From: Rhizodiscina lignyota
Taxonomy: Eukaryota
DNA length: 64,000 nt
Assembly (NCBI GenBank): GCA_010015805.1
Contig: ML978123.1
Location: 682,001-746,000 of the forward strand
Direction of reading: 5' to 3'
In this document: positions 37,754 through 50,993 of the stretch, piece after piece
Numbering within the stretch: position 1 is the stretch's first letter
How the letters are laid out: each line of letters begins with the position of its first letter
Program-made: the position numbers and the translations under genes
Notes under the pieces: generated by a model
The model's database searches: none
Told to the model about the DNA's origin: nothing
Seen by the model: the letters and a program-made list of their open reading frames with translations, nothing else

Positions 37754-38500
37754 CTAGCTCGACACTATAACGACTACCCACAATGATGCAGCGGGCTTCT
37801 CGCTGACATTTGAGGGAGTGTGATCTTGAAGGTCTTGGAAGTCGTAACGCTTCAAGTCGAGCGCGACTTGCTCTTCACAGCAAGTGGGATCATCTCCGGA
37901 GGCGCGCTTATATATCTCCTTAACTCTCTTCGATCGAGATACACACATCCAAGAGCGACGCCGACGGGTTTGAACTGCTCGACCTTTGGTGTGACCAGAT
38001 CTTCCTCCTTTTCTTCGACATATCGATCCAAGTCGACCTGCTCACGAGGGCGCATATATGGAGTAGGATTCGTGACATTGATGACAGATGGGGCGATCGT
38101 GAACCGGGAGTTCTCTAGCAACGCTTCATTATACATGGCCTCCAGCCTCTTCAATCGAAATACACAGGTCTACGGACGTGTATGTATGGCTCATGAGTGA
38201 GTGGGACGTCGAAGGTCTGGAGAGCTGTGCAGTAGATCTTTACAGAGTTTTCGCATTTGATATCGACCCCCCTGCAGCATCAATGAAATTGCGAATACCA
38301 CCTAGTAGAATTTTCTCGGCTTCACTTGATCGCGCTCGATCAACTACAGTTGTATCAAGTAACGGGAAACCCCCATCAACAGACAGCGAAGTCAAAACAA
38401 GTAAGGATTTCAAACATCTGGTCGGACCGCTATACCTGGTGTCGAACAGGTGCTCCATCGAGGACCTACTGTGTTTCCCATGGCAATATGTATGCCACAC
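37754..38500 (-). pseudogene. Decayed gene relic, paralogous to the relic at 42.4-42.9 kb
   Basis: Fragmented ORFs in different frames. Peptides LQTFDVPLTHEPYIH and SRSKRVKEIYKRASGD..EEQVALDLKRY match the + strand copy. Confidence 0.6.
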
Positions 38501-39102
38501 ATAGCAACCAGCATTTGCCTCCTGCTATATATGGACCCAGAACCACTGAAGAATTATAACTCATGAAATGATTGAAGCGGCGCTAAGTTTACTATCCGTG
38601 TTGAAGTTACGAGTGTTGTCCAGCGAAAGGGGGAGGCACGATGGAGCAGCAATTAAGTCAAACACGTGCAATGAGTGAACAACCTAACACACCCTCAATT
38701 CAACAAGATTGTTTTCATTTTCCTCGCGGGCTCTTCACCTTCACTCTCTTTGCTTGCTCTTGGCCGGCGGGCATCCTTTCAAAAACAACAAATGCTCTTC
38801 TTTCTTCCTCCACCCTCTTCCCTACACTCCCTTTGAAGAATCCTACCACGTTCCGCGGGCTTGCCGGATTGCTTCTGTAGAGGCAGTCTCCATCCCGTCG
38901 CTCTACCTAGGAATTTGTTTTTCCACCTTTCCGCGCAGCCATTTGTGCGATTGTGTCGCAAGCCGCCTGCCGCTACACGCAAGCTGTGCTACCAACAACC
39001 CAAAGCTGCTACAACGCGCACGAATACGGAAAAACTCGGCATCTTTCGTTCCCAATTGCCTTCGGCACGATACAAGGGTTTGGCACTGTCGCTGTCGACA
39101 AC

Positions 39103-41883
39103 ATGGCGGAAGGAGTCGACATTAGGTCGGCCAGTGACGGTCAGAGCGAGGTATGGCGGAAGGGAGATGTAAGTCTCAAGCAATGCCTTGGTGCGGCTTG
39201 GTGTTACTAAACTAGATAACAGAAAGCCTATATGGTCATCGCCACTCCATTACTGCTCATGGCTTTAGTTGAGTGGGCTCTGCAGCTGGTCGCCTTCGCG
39301 TACTGCTTTGCAAAAGTATTCGTCAAGGCGGAGAATCGAAGCACCAAGGTCCTGAGTGTTATCATGGGGATCAAATTCTCCGCTTTCAAGTACGTTTGAA
39401 ATTCTTCGTTTGGTCAAAAGAAAACAATTACTTTACGCTCGTTACAGACACCTTGCTCAGACTCGCGTAGGTTCTTCTTCCTTGCTATTATGGCCGTCAC
39501 ACTTCCACTTCCTCCGAGCATCAAGCAGCATTTCCCAGAACGCATAACCTACGTACTTCAGTGGGCCGCATTTTATTCTTTCATGGGCCTTCTCTTCATT
39601 CCGTGGTTGGTCTGTGTCTACCAACTCGTGATAAACAACGTCGGCCGGCAGAACAGGATCCAAAAAGTACTTGACGAGAACTCGGCACCAAAACTTGTAA
39701 TTGTCATGCCGTGCTACAAGGAAGAGCCCCCGATTCTCATGAGAACAGTCGAATCTATCGCTGACTGCGCGTACCCACCATCATGCATGCACATCTTCTT
39801 GTCCTTCGATGGAGACCAGATTGATCTCTTCAAAAAGACAGTTGATAAGCTTGGACTCACAAGCAAGTTGGAAGAATGGCCAAAGAGCGTCGACCTCGTA
39901 TATCGTGGGATTCGTGTCACAGTATCGCGATTCGAACATGGTGGCAAGCGCCACTGTCAAAAGAAGAGCTTTCAGCTCATCGACAGAGTCTACGCTGAGT
40001 ACCTCAAACGAAACGACAATTTGTTCGTTCTGTTCATCGACTCGGACTGCATCATGGACAGATTCTGCATACAAAACTTCCTGTACGAAATGGAGCTAAA
40101 GCCAGGTAGCAAGGGAAACATGTTGGCCATGACCGGAGTCATCACCTCGACCACTGACAAAACCACACTCATTACGCTTCTGCAGGACATGGAGTACATA
40201 CACGGGCAGCTCTTCGAACGAACCGTCGAGTCAGCATGTGGAGCAGTGACTTGTCTCCCTGGAGCTTTAACCCTTCTTCGCTTCTCAGCATTCAGGAAGA
40301 TGGCAAAATATTACTTCGCGGACAAAGCTGGGCAGATGGAAGATCATTTTGACTACGGCAAATGCCATCTTGGAGAAGACCGTTGGCTCACGCATCTCTT
40401 TATGATCGGCGCAACGAAACAATACCAGATCCAGATGAACACCGGCGCATTCTGTAAGACGGAAGCTGTACAGACGTACAAAAACTTGACAAAGCAGCGT
40501 CGACGCTGGTTTCTTGGCTACATCACCAACGAATGCTGCATGCTGACAGATTATCGTTTGTGGAAACGATATCCGGTTCTTTGCCTGCTGCGATTTGCGC
40601 AGAACAATATCCGTACGACGTCGCTTCTGTTCACCGTCATGCTCATCTCCATCAGCACGACATCCCAGAAGATTGCGAACATGCCAGTGGGATTCTTGGC
40701 TCTCTCGTACGGCCTCAACCAGCTGTTGATGATCTACTTCGCAATCCTGCTAAAGAGGTTCAAGCTGATGGCCTACATTCTCATGTTCGTCTTCAATCCG
40801 TTCTTCAACTGGTGGTACACAGTCAATAGCATCTGGACTTACAACCAACGTACGTGGGGTGGACCTCGAGCCGATGCTGCTAAGGCGGATGCGGAGACAA
40901 CACCGGAAGAAGCTATTGCGGAAGCTGAAGAAAATGGAGACGAGCTGAATGTCGTTCCAGAATCTTTCAGGCCAGCAATCGAATCTCGCCTTGGTTATGC
41001 GCTGCCTCCCACACACCTCCTGCCTCCTGACAACCTTGAAGGTCGCTTTGCGGCTGGGAATGAGCTACCTCTTTATTCGTACGAAGAAGTCAACCGTTCC
41101 ACTATGTCCCTGCCAGACCTACGCCCGCGTAACACGAGCTCGTCGGCGATCCCGCTTCATCCTACGATCTCCTTGGAGTCTCTGCAATCCCGCGGTTCGG
41201 CTTTAAATTCGATCTACTTGCCTCGCCGTGTGGAGAGCTTTGTTGGTGTGGACGACGCAATGATATATCACCTGAATCAGGCTGCGCAGCCACCCGCTGG
41301 TGGTGCCTTCTACGAGTCTCCTCGAAACCGGACTGCCGCATACATCGGATCTCGTTATGACCAGACAAATCCATTCAACCAGGCCACTGCAGATGACTCG
41401 GCTGATGAAGGCAGTGCCTTGATGGTGCGTGGAGACAGCAGCTCCTCTTTGCCGCTGCCGGAGTTCAACCTCAATCCACCAACGCCGCCGCCAGGAGCAA
41501 CTCCTCACAATTACTACCCGCCGAGTGCGTTCCGCAACACCACTCGAAGCGCAAGAGATCCTTCCCCGCGTGGTCGCTCGGCTCGCTCAGCGCGCTCGTC
41601 GTTGTCGAACGAGTTCGTCTACTACAGCCCGTCCGCGCTGCCGCCGCCGCAGGCATCGTCTTCCACCCCCGCAGATCGTCTCCTGGAGAGCGGCGATCTT
41701 GGTACACGTAGGGGCTTCTCCGGGTCGTCGGCCGAACAGCAGGCGCTGATGGTAGGTTCGGACGAGGAGGGCATTGAGATGGGGACACTGCAGTCGCCCG
41801 CGAGCACTGCTGCGGCGGAAGGAGCGAAGGAGGATAAGAAGAGCGGAAGGAGCAAGTTGATGAAGAAGTTCTTGAGGAAGTAG
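39103..41883 (+). CDS. chsD: Chitin synthase, ChsD-type (class VI/VII; GT2 domain only)
   Basis: VMPCYKE, LFIDSD, QDMEY, VTCLPG, LGEDRWLT, QRRRW and RTWGGPRADA. Introns 39169-39222 and 39390-39470. Confidence 0.93.
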
Positions 41884-42392
41884 ATAGGCATAGAATGACA
41901 CACTGGGGTAGTTTCTTCAATGGATGTTTCCTAAGTATTTGAATACAAGTTCCATTATTGACCCTTAAAAGTTATGCCTTGTAATGAATGATATTGCACA
42001 CTTGGTTAGGCGATAGCATGTAGATTGGTTCAAATGGGAGTTAGATTGAATCACGTGAATCCTCGAATGTGTTGATTGCGCGCAATGTGAACGCTATAAC
42101 GCCTGTATAGATGATGATCGCTAAGTCTGTGCAGCTTGCCTGAATAGCATTCTGAGTATATACGATCAACCATTCAGATATGGTCTCAATTACTCTGAAA
42201 AGCAAAACTTGGGCGTTGCAGAGCGTTACATCCTTCTCGGTGGTCAACGTCCTATTCACTCAAATCTTGGGCACACAGCTGCCCGTAGATCTATGCAACT
42301 ATGGATGAATATGGCATATAGCCTATACAATTAAGCCTTCAGAGCCAGTCACGTTTGTTGTGAAGTGCAAAACTTGACGTTTTTAAGGCCTT

Positions 42393-42904
42393 ACAGCTTT
42401 CCAGGCCTTAGACGTCCCAATCACTCACGAGCCGTACATACACATGTCCATTCATCTCTGCGCGTTTGGTCGATGAGGTTTCAGGGTATAAGCAAACGAG
42501 CCCTCAATACCGGTCCCACTTGCTATACAGTGCAAATCTTGTTGGTCTCAGAGCGTTGCAGCATATCTGAAAATCAACGTCTTCGTCACTCGAAGAATCT
42601 GAACACAGCTGCTCATAGATCCAGACTCTTTCCATCGAATAGATTTCAGGGTATGGACAATTAACCCTTCAAAGATGTTCTCACCTGTTCTGAAAGGTCA
42701 AATCGAGTTGCTACGAATGGCATGACTTTTAGGCCGTTGGTGTTACGCTCACTCGGCAAACTGTGACGCAAATGCTCAAAGATCCATGCTCTCTCGATCG
42801 AATAGACTTCGTAGTATATACAAACAAGCATTTGGAGATGCTATCGCCGGTTGGGAAGAGCAAAACTTAGTTGCTTTGAGGCATTACAGCCTTTTGGGTC
42901 TTTG
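42393..42904 (+). pseudogene. Decayed gene relic, paralogous to the relic at 37.8-38.5 kb
   Basis: Peptides FQALDVPITHEPYIH, F*AVGVTL and SRSNRLRSIYKQAFGD..EEQNLVALRHY, interrupted by stops and frameshifts. Confidence 0.6.
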
Positions 42905-44180
42905 ACGCGTTGCGCACTCAAATATGGAGTGCATGACTGTCCGTATATCTATGTATTTCGACAGAAGAGGACGCAGGACGCATACAATCATGACAATACA
43001 AGTTGGAGAGAAAATGAGCCGGGGCTCTGAAATGTATAAAATGGAGGAATGGGCCTTCAAAGATCCAGATCTGCATTTTATGTATCCGTCTTCTCGTGAC
43101 TTAACGCTACGTGCGTATCTTTAGACTCTTTTATTTTAGTGAAGTTTCCGATGGGGGGAATGTCGTAAGAATTACGGCTATTTCGACCTTCCGAATAATG
43201 CCAAGCGCATAATACTCCGTAAAGACATAATTGGAATGTTGAGACACCGGAGACCTGCCTTACATAACGCCGGGCTGGAGCTACATGCGCTGTGGTTCTG
43301 TTGGTCCGCTCGGTTGATATTACGCTAGATGATACGAATGTCTGATCCATTCGCCGACCCTCATGACCTCCGCTCGAACAAGTCTTCGTCGTCGATGCAT
43401 GCACTGCGGAGTAGGTAAGTCGAAGGCAAACGGTGGAAAATTCCAAAATGTTTCAATAATATCGGTGGTCCCTGCTTGGCAGGGTTACGGTATTGATAAG
43501 CTGGTTGTCCAGTGGAGCAGTATGGACGATCGCGGCTCTCCTGACGGCTGCGTTAGGCGTGGCAACGGCCGCCAGCTTCATTTGTGGGCTGTGCTGCGGC
43601 GGAGACCCATTTTTCTCTAGAGCGTGCCGAAGCTGTCCTTGCTGTGCTTGTGCATACAGGACTATCGACTTGGAGTTCGGCAGAGAACGACGCGCAATCG
43701 TTGTGGAGGTGAGAAGCGCGTGGCAGAAGTTTGAGAAAATTGCGTCACAGCGAGGATGCAAACAAGAATGCAGTGCGAGTCAGGATGGAAGATTTCAAAG
43801 GCCTTATCGGAGTGAACTGCAGGGAGGCCTGCACCGATTGGGAGCTTGTCTCGGAGGCTCCAGCCAAGGCCTGAGGCTGGTTTCTGCACTGCCTGGGGAG
43901 TTTTCTTGCTTATGCATAGTACTCGAAACTCGGGTTGCTGCGCAGCCCGAGGACGTTTGCGTGTTGCCCTCGAGCAAAGAGTCGAAAGAGCAATTGAGAA
44001 ATAGTTTCAAAATCATGGACATGCAACTTCAGTGAAAGTTTGGTGAGATGTGCACCAAGGCCATGTGAATTTGTTGCCAGAGCTAAGGCAAGGTTGCGCC
44101 GCGCCGTAGCGCCTCCCATCTCGATGTGTACGTAGGCGCCGCCACTGGCAAGGGAAGCCTGGTTCCATTTCGAGCACGTT

Positions 44181-44603
44181 GAGAGCAAGGGGTTCCTTGG
44201 AGGAGGGTGGCAGTTGCAGCTGTGTATTGTATGGTTGTTAGTTTAAAGTACGATAGGCGCGTTTTAAAACCATTAGCGTGCTAAGGCTATCAGGATCTCA
44301 CAAACTTAAGCTGTTTGTAGGCAAATAGCTTCACCTGCCCGTCGCTGCTGTAGTCGGAGAGAGAAACTGCTTAGGAAACTGCTAGTAGCGCCAAAGTGAC
44401 TTGAATCCGACTTGAATCCGACTCGAAGGAGTGACTGAGGAGGTATATTCAGATAGGCTACACACCTTGAAACTCTCCTCCTCGTACTGACCACCACATG
44501 AGAGCAGGGGTTCTTGTGGAGAGAGGGTCTTGTGTATTGTATGATGCGTGGTTTAAAGTACAATATAGAACCGTTTTAAAGCCACTAGCGCGCCAGGGTA
44601 TCA
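44181..44603. repeat. Diverged ~105-110-bp direct repeat (44181-44292 and 44500-44603)
   Basis: Both copies share gagagca(a)ggggttc, tgtgtattgtatg, gtttaaagtac, cgttttaaa and ccaYtagcgYgcYaRggStatca in the same order. Confidence 0.75.
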
Positions 44604-45027
44604 ACGTTAAGCTAGAGGCGCTTGCTTATGCTCATCATCCAACTGGTCCAACTTTCCAAGATCACTCACTGAAAACATTCGTTTCATGTATCTCTTAGCC
44701 ACTGGCACGCTGCACGCTTCACTCTCGTTCCTGACATCACTTCCACCGACATTCGCTACCTTCACCACCGCACTCCGCGGGAGCTTCAACCTCAGAACCT
44801 GACCCCAAATCACGCTGATTCTCCTGCAGTCGTTATCACAACCTTGAGCGTTCGTGTCTTTTAGGACGGACTGCTCCGCATAACCCTCGTTTGCAACCTC
44901 GAACCACTCAACGACAATCCAATTGTCACTCGACGCGATGCACTGAGCTCAACGAAAACCATCTTAGAACGCCCTTGACCGGGACTCCCCAAACTCTCTG
45001 CAGCCCCACTACTCACAGTCATTTACC

Positions 45028-47521
45028 ATGGCGTCACTGCAGAAAACATTTGCGAGACCAGCAAGGTCTCCGCCAGATGCTGGCACGCCTGAGCAATCGG
45101 GTCGTTCACCATCTGGTCTTGCCGCACAAGCTGCTGCTGCTGCCGCGTTGCAAGAAGCTCAGAGGAACCGAGGCCAGAATCTAGAATCAACCGAACCTCT
45201 ACCAAGAGTGTCAAATTCCGCGCCGAACTTAACCAAAATGCGCTCCGCACCATTATCATCATCTCCTCCCTCCAATAAGCAGTCGTACATGCCCGTCGTC
45301 TCCTCACCTCTGAATCCGAACTCTCCTCCGGAGTCCATCAAAAGCCGAACGAGCGATGAGAATGTCTATACAATTACACCACCAGAAAACCCATTTGCAA
45401 GTTCAACAAACCTCGGAGCTGGGATTGGGTCCGCAGATCCTTCTGCTACTCAATCGACACCGCAACTACCTGCTCCGCGGCAACAGAAAATAGGAATGCT
45501 GAAGGTTCCTTCAGCGTCACAAATAGTGCGTGAACCTTCCCCGATTCGAGGGCCCGCACCGATGACGGTGAGAGACTTAGGGTCAGACTATACTCGATAT
45601 TTCAGCCCATTCAGCGACAGTCGAAGGAGCTCCTATGGTGAAACTGGATCCGGCACCCAGACTCCATTGCCTCGACAGAACAGTTCGGGTAGGCTCAATG
45701 CACTCAATCCTTTCGAGCCCCTATCAGAGAAATCAGGACAGTCAAGCTTGGACTTAGCAAATCCAGAGAGGGAACGCCAAACTCTACTATCATCACCTTT
45801 TATCGACGACCGCATGGGATCTTCGCCTTATATCTCCCAAAGTGGTCGGCCATACGCTTTTCCAATGTTCATTGACGAGAAGGAAGACGACGATGATATG
45901 CACATGCCCTTGCCGGACGATGATATCCGCTTCAAGCCCAGGTTGAGAGACCATTTCACACGGGAAAACGCATGCTCCACTGTTGGTCTGATACTTATGC
46001 TTGTTGGCCTCCTATTTATTTTCGTGGTCCTACCCGTGTTGTTCAATACCGGCGCTGTGACTTTCACGTACGCATACGAGACACCACTCGATCAAATGCC
46101 AGGGTTCGGAAAGCCGGAGCAGTGGGCTATCGTCAATGACCGCAAATACCCTTTCTTGCAGAACATCCGCACGAAGCTGATTGACAAGGCCACACCAAAG
46201 AGTGCATACACTCGAAAGAGCTTCGATGGGCCAGACTTGCAACTAGTCTTCAGCGATGAGTTCAACGACAACAATCGTACCTTTTACGAGGGCGACGATC
46301 CATATTGGTTTGCTGGAGACTTTTGGTACGGTGCAACGCAAGACTTGGACTGGTATGACCCGGACGCTGTTACAACATGGGATGGCAAGCTCGAGATCAG
46401 ACTGGATGCTTTCAAGAATCATGACCTGAACTTCCGCAGTGGTATGCTCAACTCGTGGAATCAGCTCTGCTTCAAGGGTGGCGCGTTCGAGGTGGGTATT
46501 TCGCTTCCAGGCCCAGCCGGAATCATGGGACTATGGCCTGGCGCTTGGACAATGGGAAATCTGGGGAGACCTGGGTATTTAAGCACGACGGACGGCTTGT
46601 GGCCGTATACCTACAATGACTGCGATGCCGGGATTACGCCGAACCAAAGCTCTCCGGATGGCATCTCTCATCTGCCTGGTCAGAGACTACCAAGTTGTGC
46701 TTGTGAAGGCGAGGATCATCCGACTCCGGGAACTGGGAGAGGAGCACCGGAGATCGATATTCTTGAAGCGAGTGCGAGTTATCAAGTGAAGGACTTGGGC
46801 GTCATTACTCAAAGTTTCCAAGTTGCGCCTTTTGATCCTTGGTGAGCTTTAGATTTGTTTCTCCAAATGCCTGACGGCCATACTAACGACCTGTTAGGTA
46901 CTACCCTGACTATGAATACATGTCCTTCCCCACTCAAAACATCTCCTATACCAACACGTATACTGGTGGCCCGTTCCAGCAGGCCGTGTCTGGCACCACG
47001 ACGCTCAACAATGACTGGTACGACGGAAAAGAATACCAGAAGTATTCATTCGAGTACCGACCAGGCACCGGCAAAGATGGTTGGATTACCTGGTATGTCG
47101 GCGATGATGTAATGTTCACAATGGACGGCCGCGCCATCAGACAGAACGGAAACGTAGGCGATCGAGTTGTCAGCGAGGAGCCGATGAGCATGATCCTGAA
47201 CCTGGGTTTCAGTAACAGCTGGGTTGCGATTGATTGGCAGGATTTAAAATTCCCAACTATTATGAGAGTGGACTACGTACGGCTCTATCAGCCGGAAGGT
47301 GAAACAATGATTACGTGCGATCCTCCTGGATACGAGACAACACAATACATAGCGGACCACATGGACGCTTACACCAACCCCAATTGGACGGTATGTTGCA
47401 TTGATTCCCCTTTCGCAGTGCGAATACTAACGTCTGATAGAAATGGGATCAAACAGGCTATGGATGGCCGAAGCATAAGCTGAACAATCCCGGCTGCGAA
47501 GTTGGGTCTTCTTCACCATAA
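45028..47521 (+). CDS. KRE6: KRE6/SKN1 beta-1,6-glucan synthesis protein (GH16, type II membrane)
   Basis: DEKEDDDDMHMP, a single TM helix, LVFSDEFN, SGMLNSWNQLCFKGG, GRGAPEIDILEA and MRVDYVRLYQ. Introns 46842-46898 and 47391-47440. Confidence 0.94.
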
Positions 47522-48331
47522 TAATCGACCCTGAATTCTTTACCACCGAACCAACACCCCTCGACTCGACCGATGATACCCACCGTTCTGTCACAGGACG
47601 GTATCTTACACTTTTACTATTCACATGCACACTGTTGACACACTTCATGTACACGTACGAAGACCTTCTGGCTCGCCTCGCACTTGTACAATTACGATCG
47701 ACGCCGAAAGGCTTTTTGTTTCTGGACATATGGCGTTTTTGGAGCGAGCGGATGGGAAGTCCGGAAGGACTTGGATAGAACCGGCATTGCGTTTGCTGTC
47801 ACTGAATCGCGACATTGCATTGGGATGGCTCGATACACGAAATGGGTACATACACTGGGGCACATAGACTTCTAATGAACATTAATGAGGCAAAAGCGAA
47901 GGGAGCTTGTACATAGATTAGTGGGTTGAAGCGGTGGAGTTCGAAAGAATGAATGGAAATGTCAATTCAATTGACTATCGTCTGCATCCAAACTCCCTCT
48001 AGTGATTCGTCTGTATAAGAGCACAGTCGAGACGTACTTTATACGGAGTAGAGACTAACGAAGGTCTCCGGCAAATGACGCCTAAATCTGGGAGCGCTAC
48101 TACTCAGAATTCGGTAAGCACTGGGTACACAAATGCCAAGAATTGATGCCGCACAGTACTCCGTAAGGGGGCTATCCCAGCGACCCTCCCTACAGATGAA
48201 TTTGGACTGGACCTCGAACTTTAATAAGATGGCGGCCCGTCGGTTGTAGTGTCTTCATGCCTACTTACATCTCGTCCCAACTCTGAACGTCTAAAATCAT
48301 TCCGCTGTTTCTCCCACAAGATCTAGCTATC

Positions 48332-50212
48332 ATGGCCAACCTTGAAAAGCTACCAGTAGAGTTACTGGAGACGATCCTTTGCCATGTGAGGTTCTTTCAA
48401 TGCTTTCACTAATGATTGCTCACAATTATTCTTTGGTAGATCGAGCGCCCATCAGACCTCAAGGCGCTTTGCCTCACATCCCGTCGCCTTCGACTTTTTG
48501 CTATTGCAAAGTTGTATCGGCAAATCATCATTGACATCCGTTGTCGGGAGCTTGTAGAATCTCTCGTCGGCGGATTGAGAAGTCTGCAAACTTTATACCC
48601 TTCGTCGGCAGATGAAATCATGTGCCCCATCAAGAGTCTGGTCATTCTTGACGACCTTCATGGGGCCAGTCGGCCTACTCATCGCCCGGAAAGCTGGGAC
48701 GTTTATACGAAATCTCTGAGTTTCTATTTCAAAGACCCGGAGAGACTTATTAAAAATCGTATCACGGACATCCTCAATAGTCTGCCATTCAACGCCTTGA
48801 AAGTTTTTAGGTGAGAACAGCCTATTGAGTTCTGCCACGCACTGAACATGTTAAATGTAACGCATCTTGAACAGATTCGCCTCATGGGAGCCGCTGGATG
48901 CCTTTAACGTTGAACTACTTTTTAGTACTCAGCAAGGGATCGAAGACCTCAGTTTTTCAGGGAGCATTGATCATATCTTTGTGTCTAGGACCCTCGGAGA
49001 TGGCGAAAATAGCCTATACAATCATCTGTTAGCCTTTGACGTTAATTTCGAGGACTCGACACAACAATGGGACAGACAGGCATATCGAAAGGAACTGAAG
49101 AAAGCACTAGGGCTTGCCAGTAATGTGAATCGATTTTCGCTATCTGGTTCCTTCCTGGACTCCTCGCAATCGCGCAACGGGTCCCGGTCTTCCGTTTTCT
49201 TTTTCCAGCTCGTCAGCCTGTCGAACTTCGCGGTCATATCGAACCTCTCATTGAGTGGCATTGATCTGAAAGAGGTGTCAGTGCAAATATTTGCTCAGGA
49301 CCTCCGGTGTCTTCGGAACCTCGCAATTAGAAACTGTCTTTTTGTTAAAGGCTTTCTGGATTCTCTCGTAATCGACATAAGAATGAGGAAGGGAGGTTCA
49401 TTGCGGACACTTGAATATGCATCGGAGTCTTTCCTACTCGCTAATGGGTGGTGTCTATCTAAACTCAGGCTTCTACTATCCTCCCTCAACGGACTCGAGG
49501 AGCTGCTGCTAGAAGGATGCGCCGGAGGACCAGGCGAGAAATTGAAGCGTCACGCGCCAACTTTGAGGAAGCTGGGTTTGCTTCTCTGGGATCCGCTTCG
49601 CTCAAACCCGGACTTCTTCTCGCAATGTCCATTACTCGAACAGCTCGCTATAACCGTCATGGTTCAGGAAGATGAGGTGCCGACGATGTCGGATAGCTCG
49701 ATGACTTTTGTGGTAAGCAGAGTCTCATTTGTCCTACTGAGAATATATCCCTTCTCATGTAATGGGATTCCAAGACAGCAAATCTAATAGCACAGCAGAC
49801 CGACATACTCAAATTCACGCCGGAGCTAAGGACGTTACATTTGGATCTGGCCTATATCGATCGTAGAGAACGAGGCAACACAAACAGCGAGTTTGCGACT
49901 TCGTTCTTTGACCATCTTCATACGCATGGCCTCGCACCGAAGTTGGGTGTTCTGTCAATATGCGGTGTACACCCATTGAACTCGGATTTTCTAACACCGT
50001 TCAAAGTCTCGATCGGACAGCAATTCTTCATAAGGCCCGATCGAAGCATCTCAGAGAGAGGGCATCCCCGTGAGACAGCTTTTTCGTGTCCGAAGGGAGT
50101 CGTGAAATACTTTGAGCCTGTATCTGACATTCTGGATTTTGCGTGTCGGGATCGAGAAGATATCACTCTTGGGATGCCTTCCTTGGGATACCGTTCGCTT
50201 CAAATACGTTAA
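48332..50212 (+). CDS. F-box protein with LRR-like C-terminal region, 4 exons
   Basis: MANLEKLPVELLETILCH|IERPSDLKALCLTSRRLRLFAIAKLYRQI, followed by LxxLxL repeats. Introns 48386-48439, 48811-48874 and 49713-49795/8. Confidence 0.82.
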
Positions 50213-50782
50213 ACCTCTCCTGCGTTCCGCGTGTCAATCCCTTTCTGGCAAGATGTAGACACGGCTCAAGATACCCTATATTCTGACGATCATTGACGCT
50301 CGACTACTGGGTCTGGCGTCAATCAAGAAGGAATCACGATACTGTTGCGTATCAGCGAATTTGAAGAAAGAGTTACGTCCACTTAGAGCTGCAGTGCGTC
50401 TATAGTCCAGCTATCTGTTTGATCTGGGGCTGATCGGAAAGTTGAGCCGCGGCTACAATACATAGAGACCTCAATACGTCCTTTAATGTATGTAGATGTG
50501 TTCAAGCTCTACATTCTTAGCAAATACCAAATGCTTTCCGACGCGTATTACTCTAAGCTTTTAGTGATGCTCTCGCTAGTATGGAGAGTAAGCTTGTTTA
50601 TTCTGTATCAATTCGAGTTTGTCCAGTTCGAGTGGGGATCGTGCCGGTCTTATCTGTATGCAAATAATTATCTTATCAGATCATCTTCAGCATTTTCTCT
50701 CACGAGCTCCAGTCCAGTCAGGAAGTTCGGCTTAAAAAGTCCATCTCGGGCAGCATCGGGCTGGGCCGAGCTCCAGCTCCAG

Positions 50783-50822
50783 CGAGCGTCATGCAGCGAG
50801 CGTCATGCAACGCACGTCATCG
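50783..50822. repeat. Tandem 14-mer GCGAGCGTCATGCA x2 plus a degenerate third copy, containing CGTCA half-sites
   Basis: gcgagcgtcatgca gcgagcgtcatgca acgcacgtcatc, ~170-210 nt upstream of the I9 gene ATG. Confidence 0.7.
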
Positions 50823-50993
50823 CTGTGCTGCGCATGCAACTGCCTTGACGAACCCTGTAAATACGAGTGCAGCAGTATTTAAGTATCTCTCTCTTCCTTC
50901 TCTGTTCAAATAAACATTCTCCTTTTACCTTCAACACACTGTGTTACATACAAGATTTTTGCCTTCTCAAGACTCTTTCGTTCCAGGATCAAT

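Noticed and set aside
43493..44035. 180-aa plus-strand ORF, and antisense ORFs over real genes generally
   Set aside because: Non-ATG start and no domain; antisense frames are codon-bias shadows.
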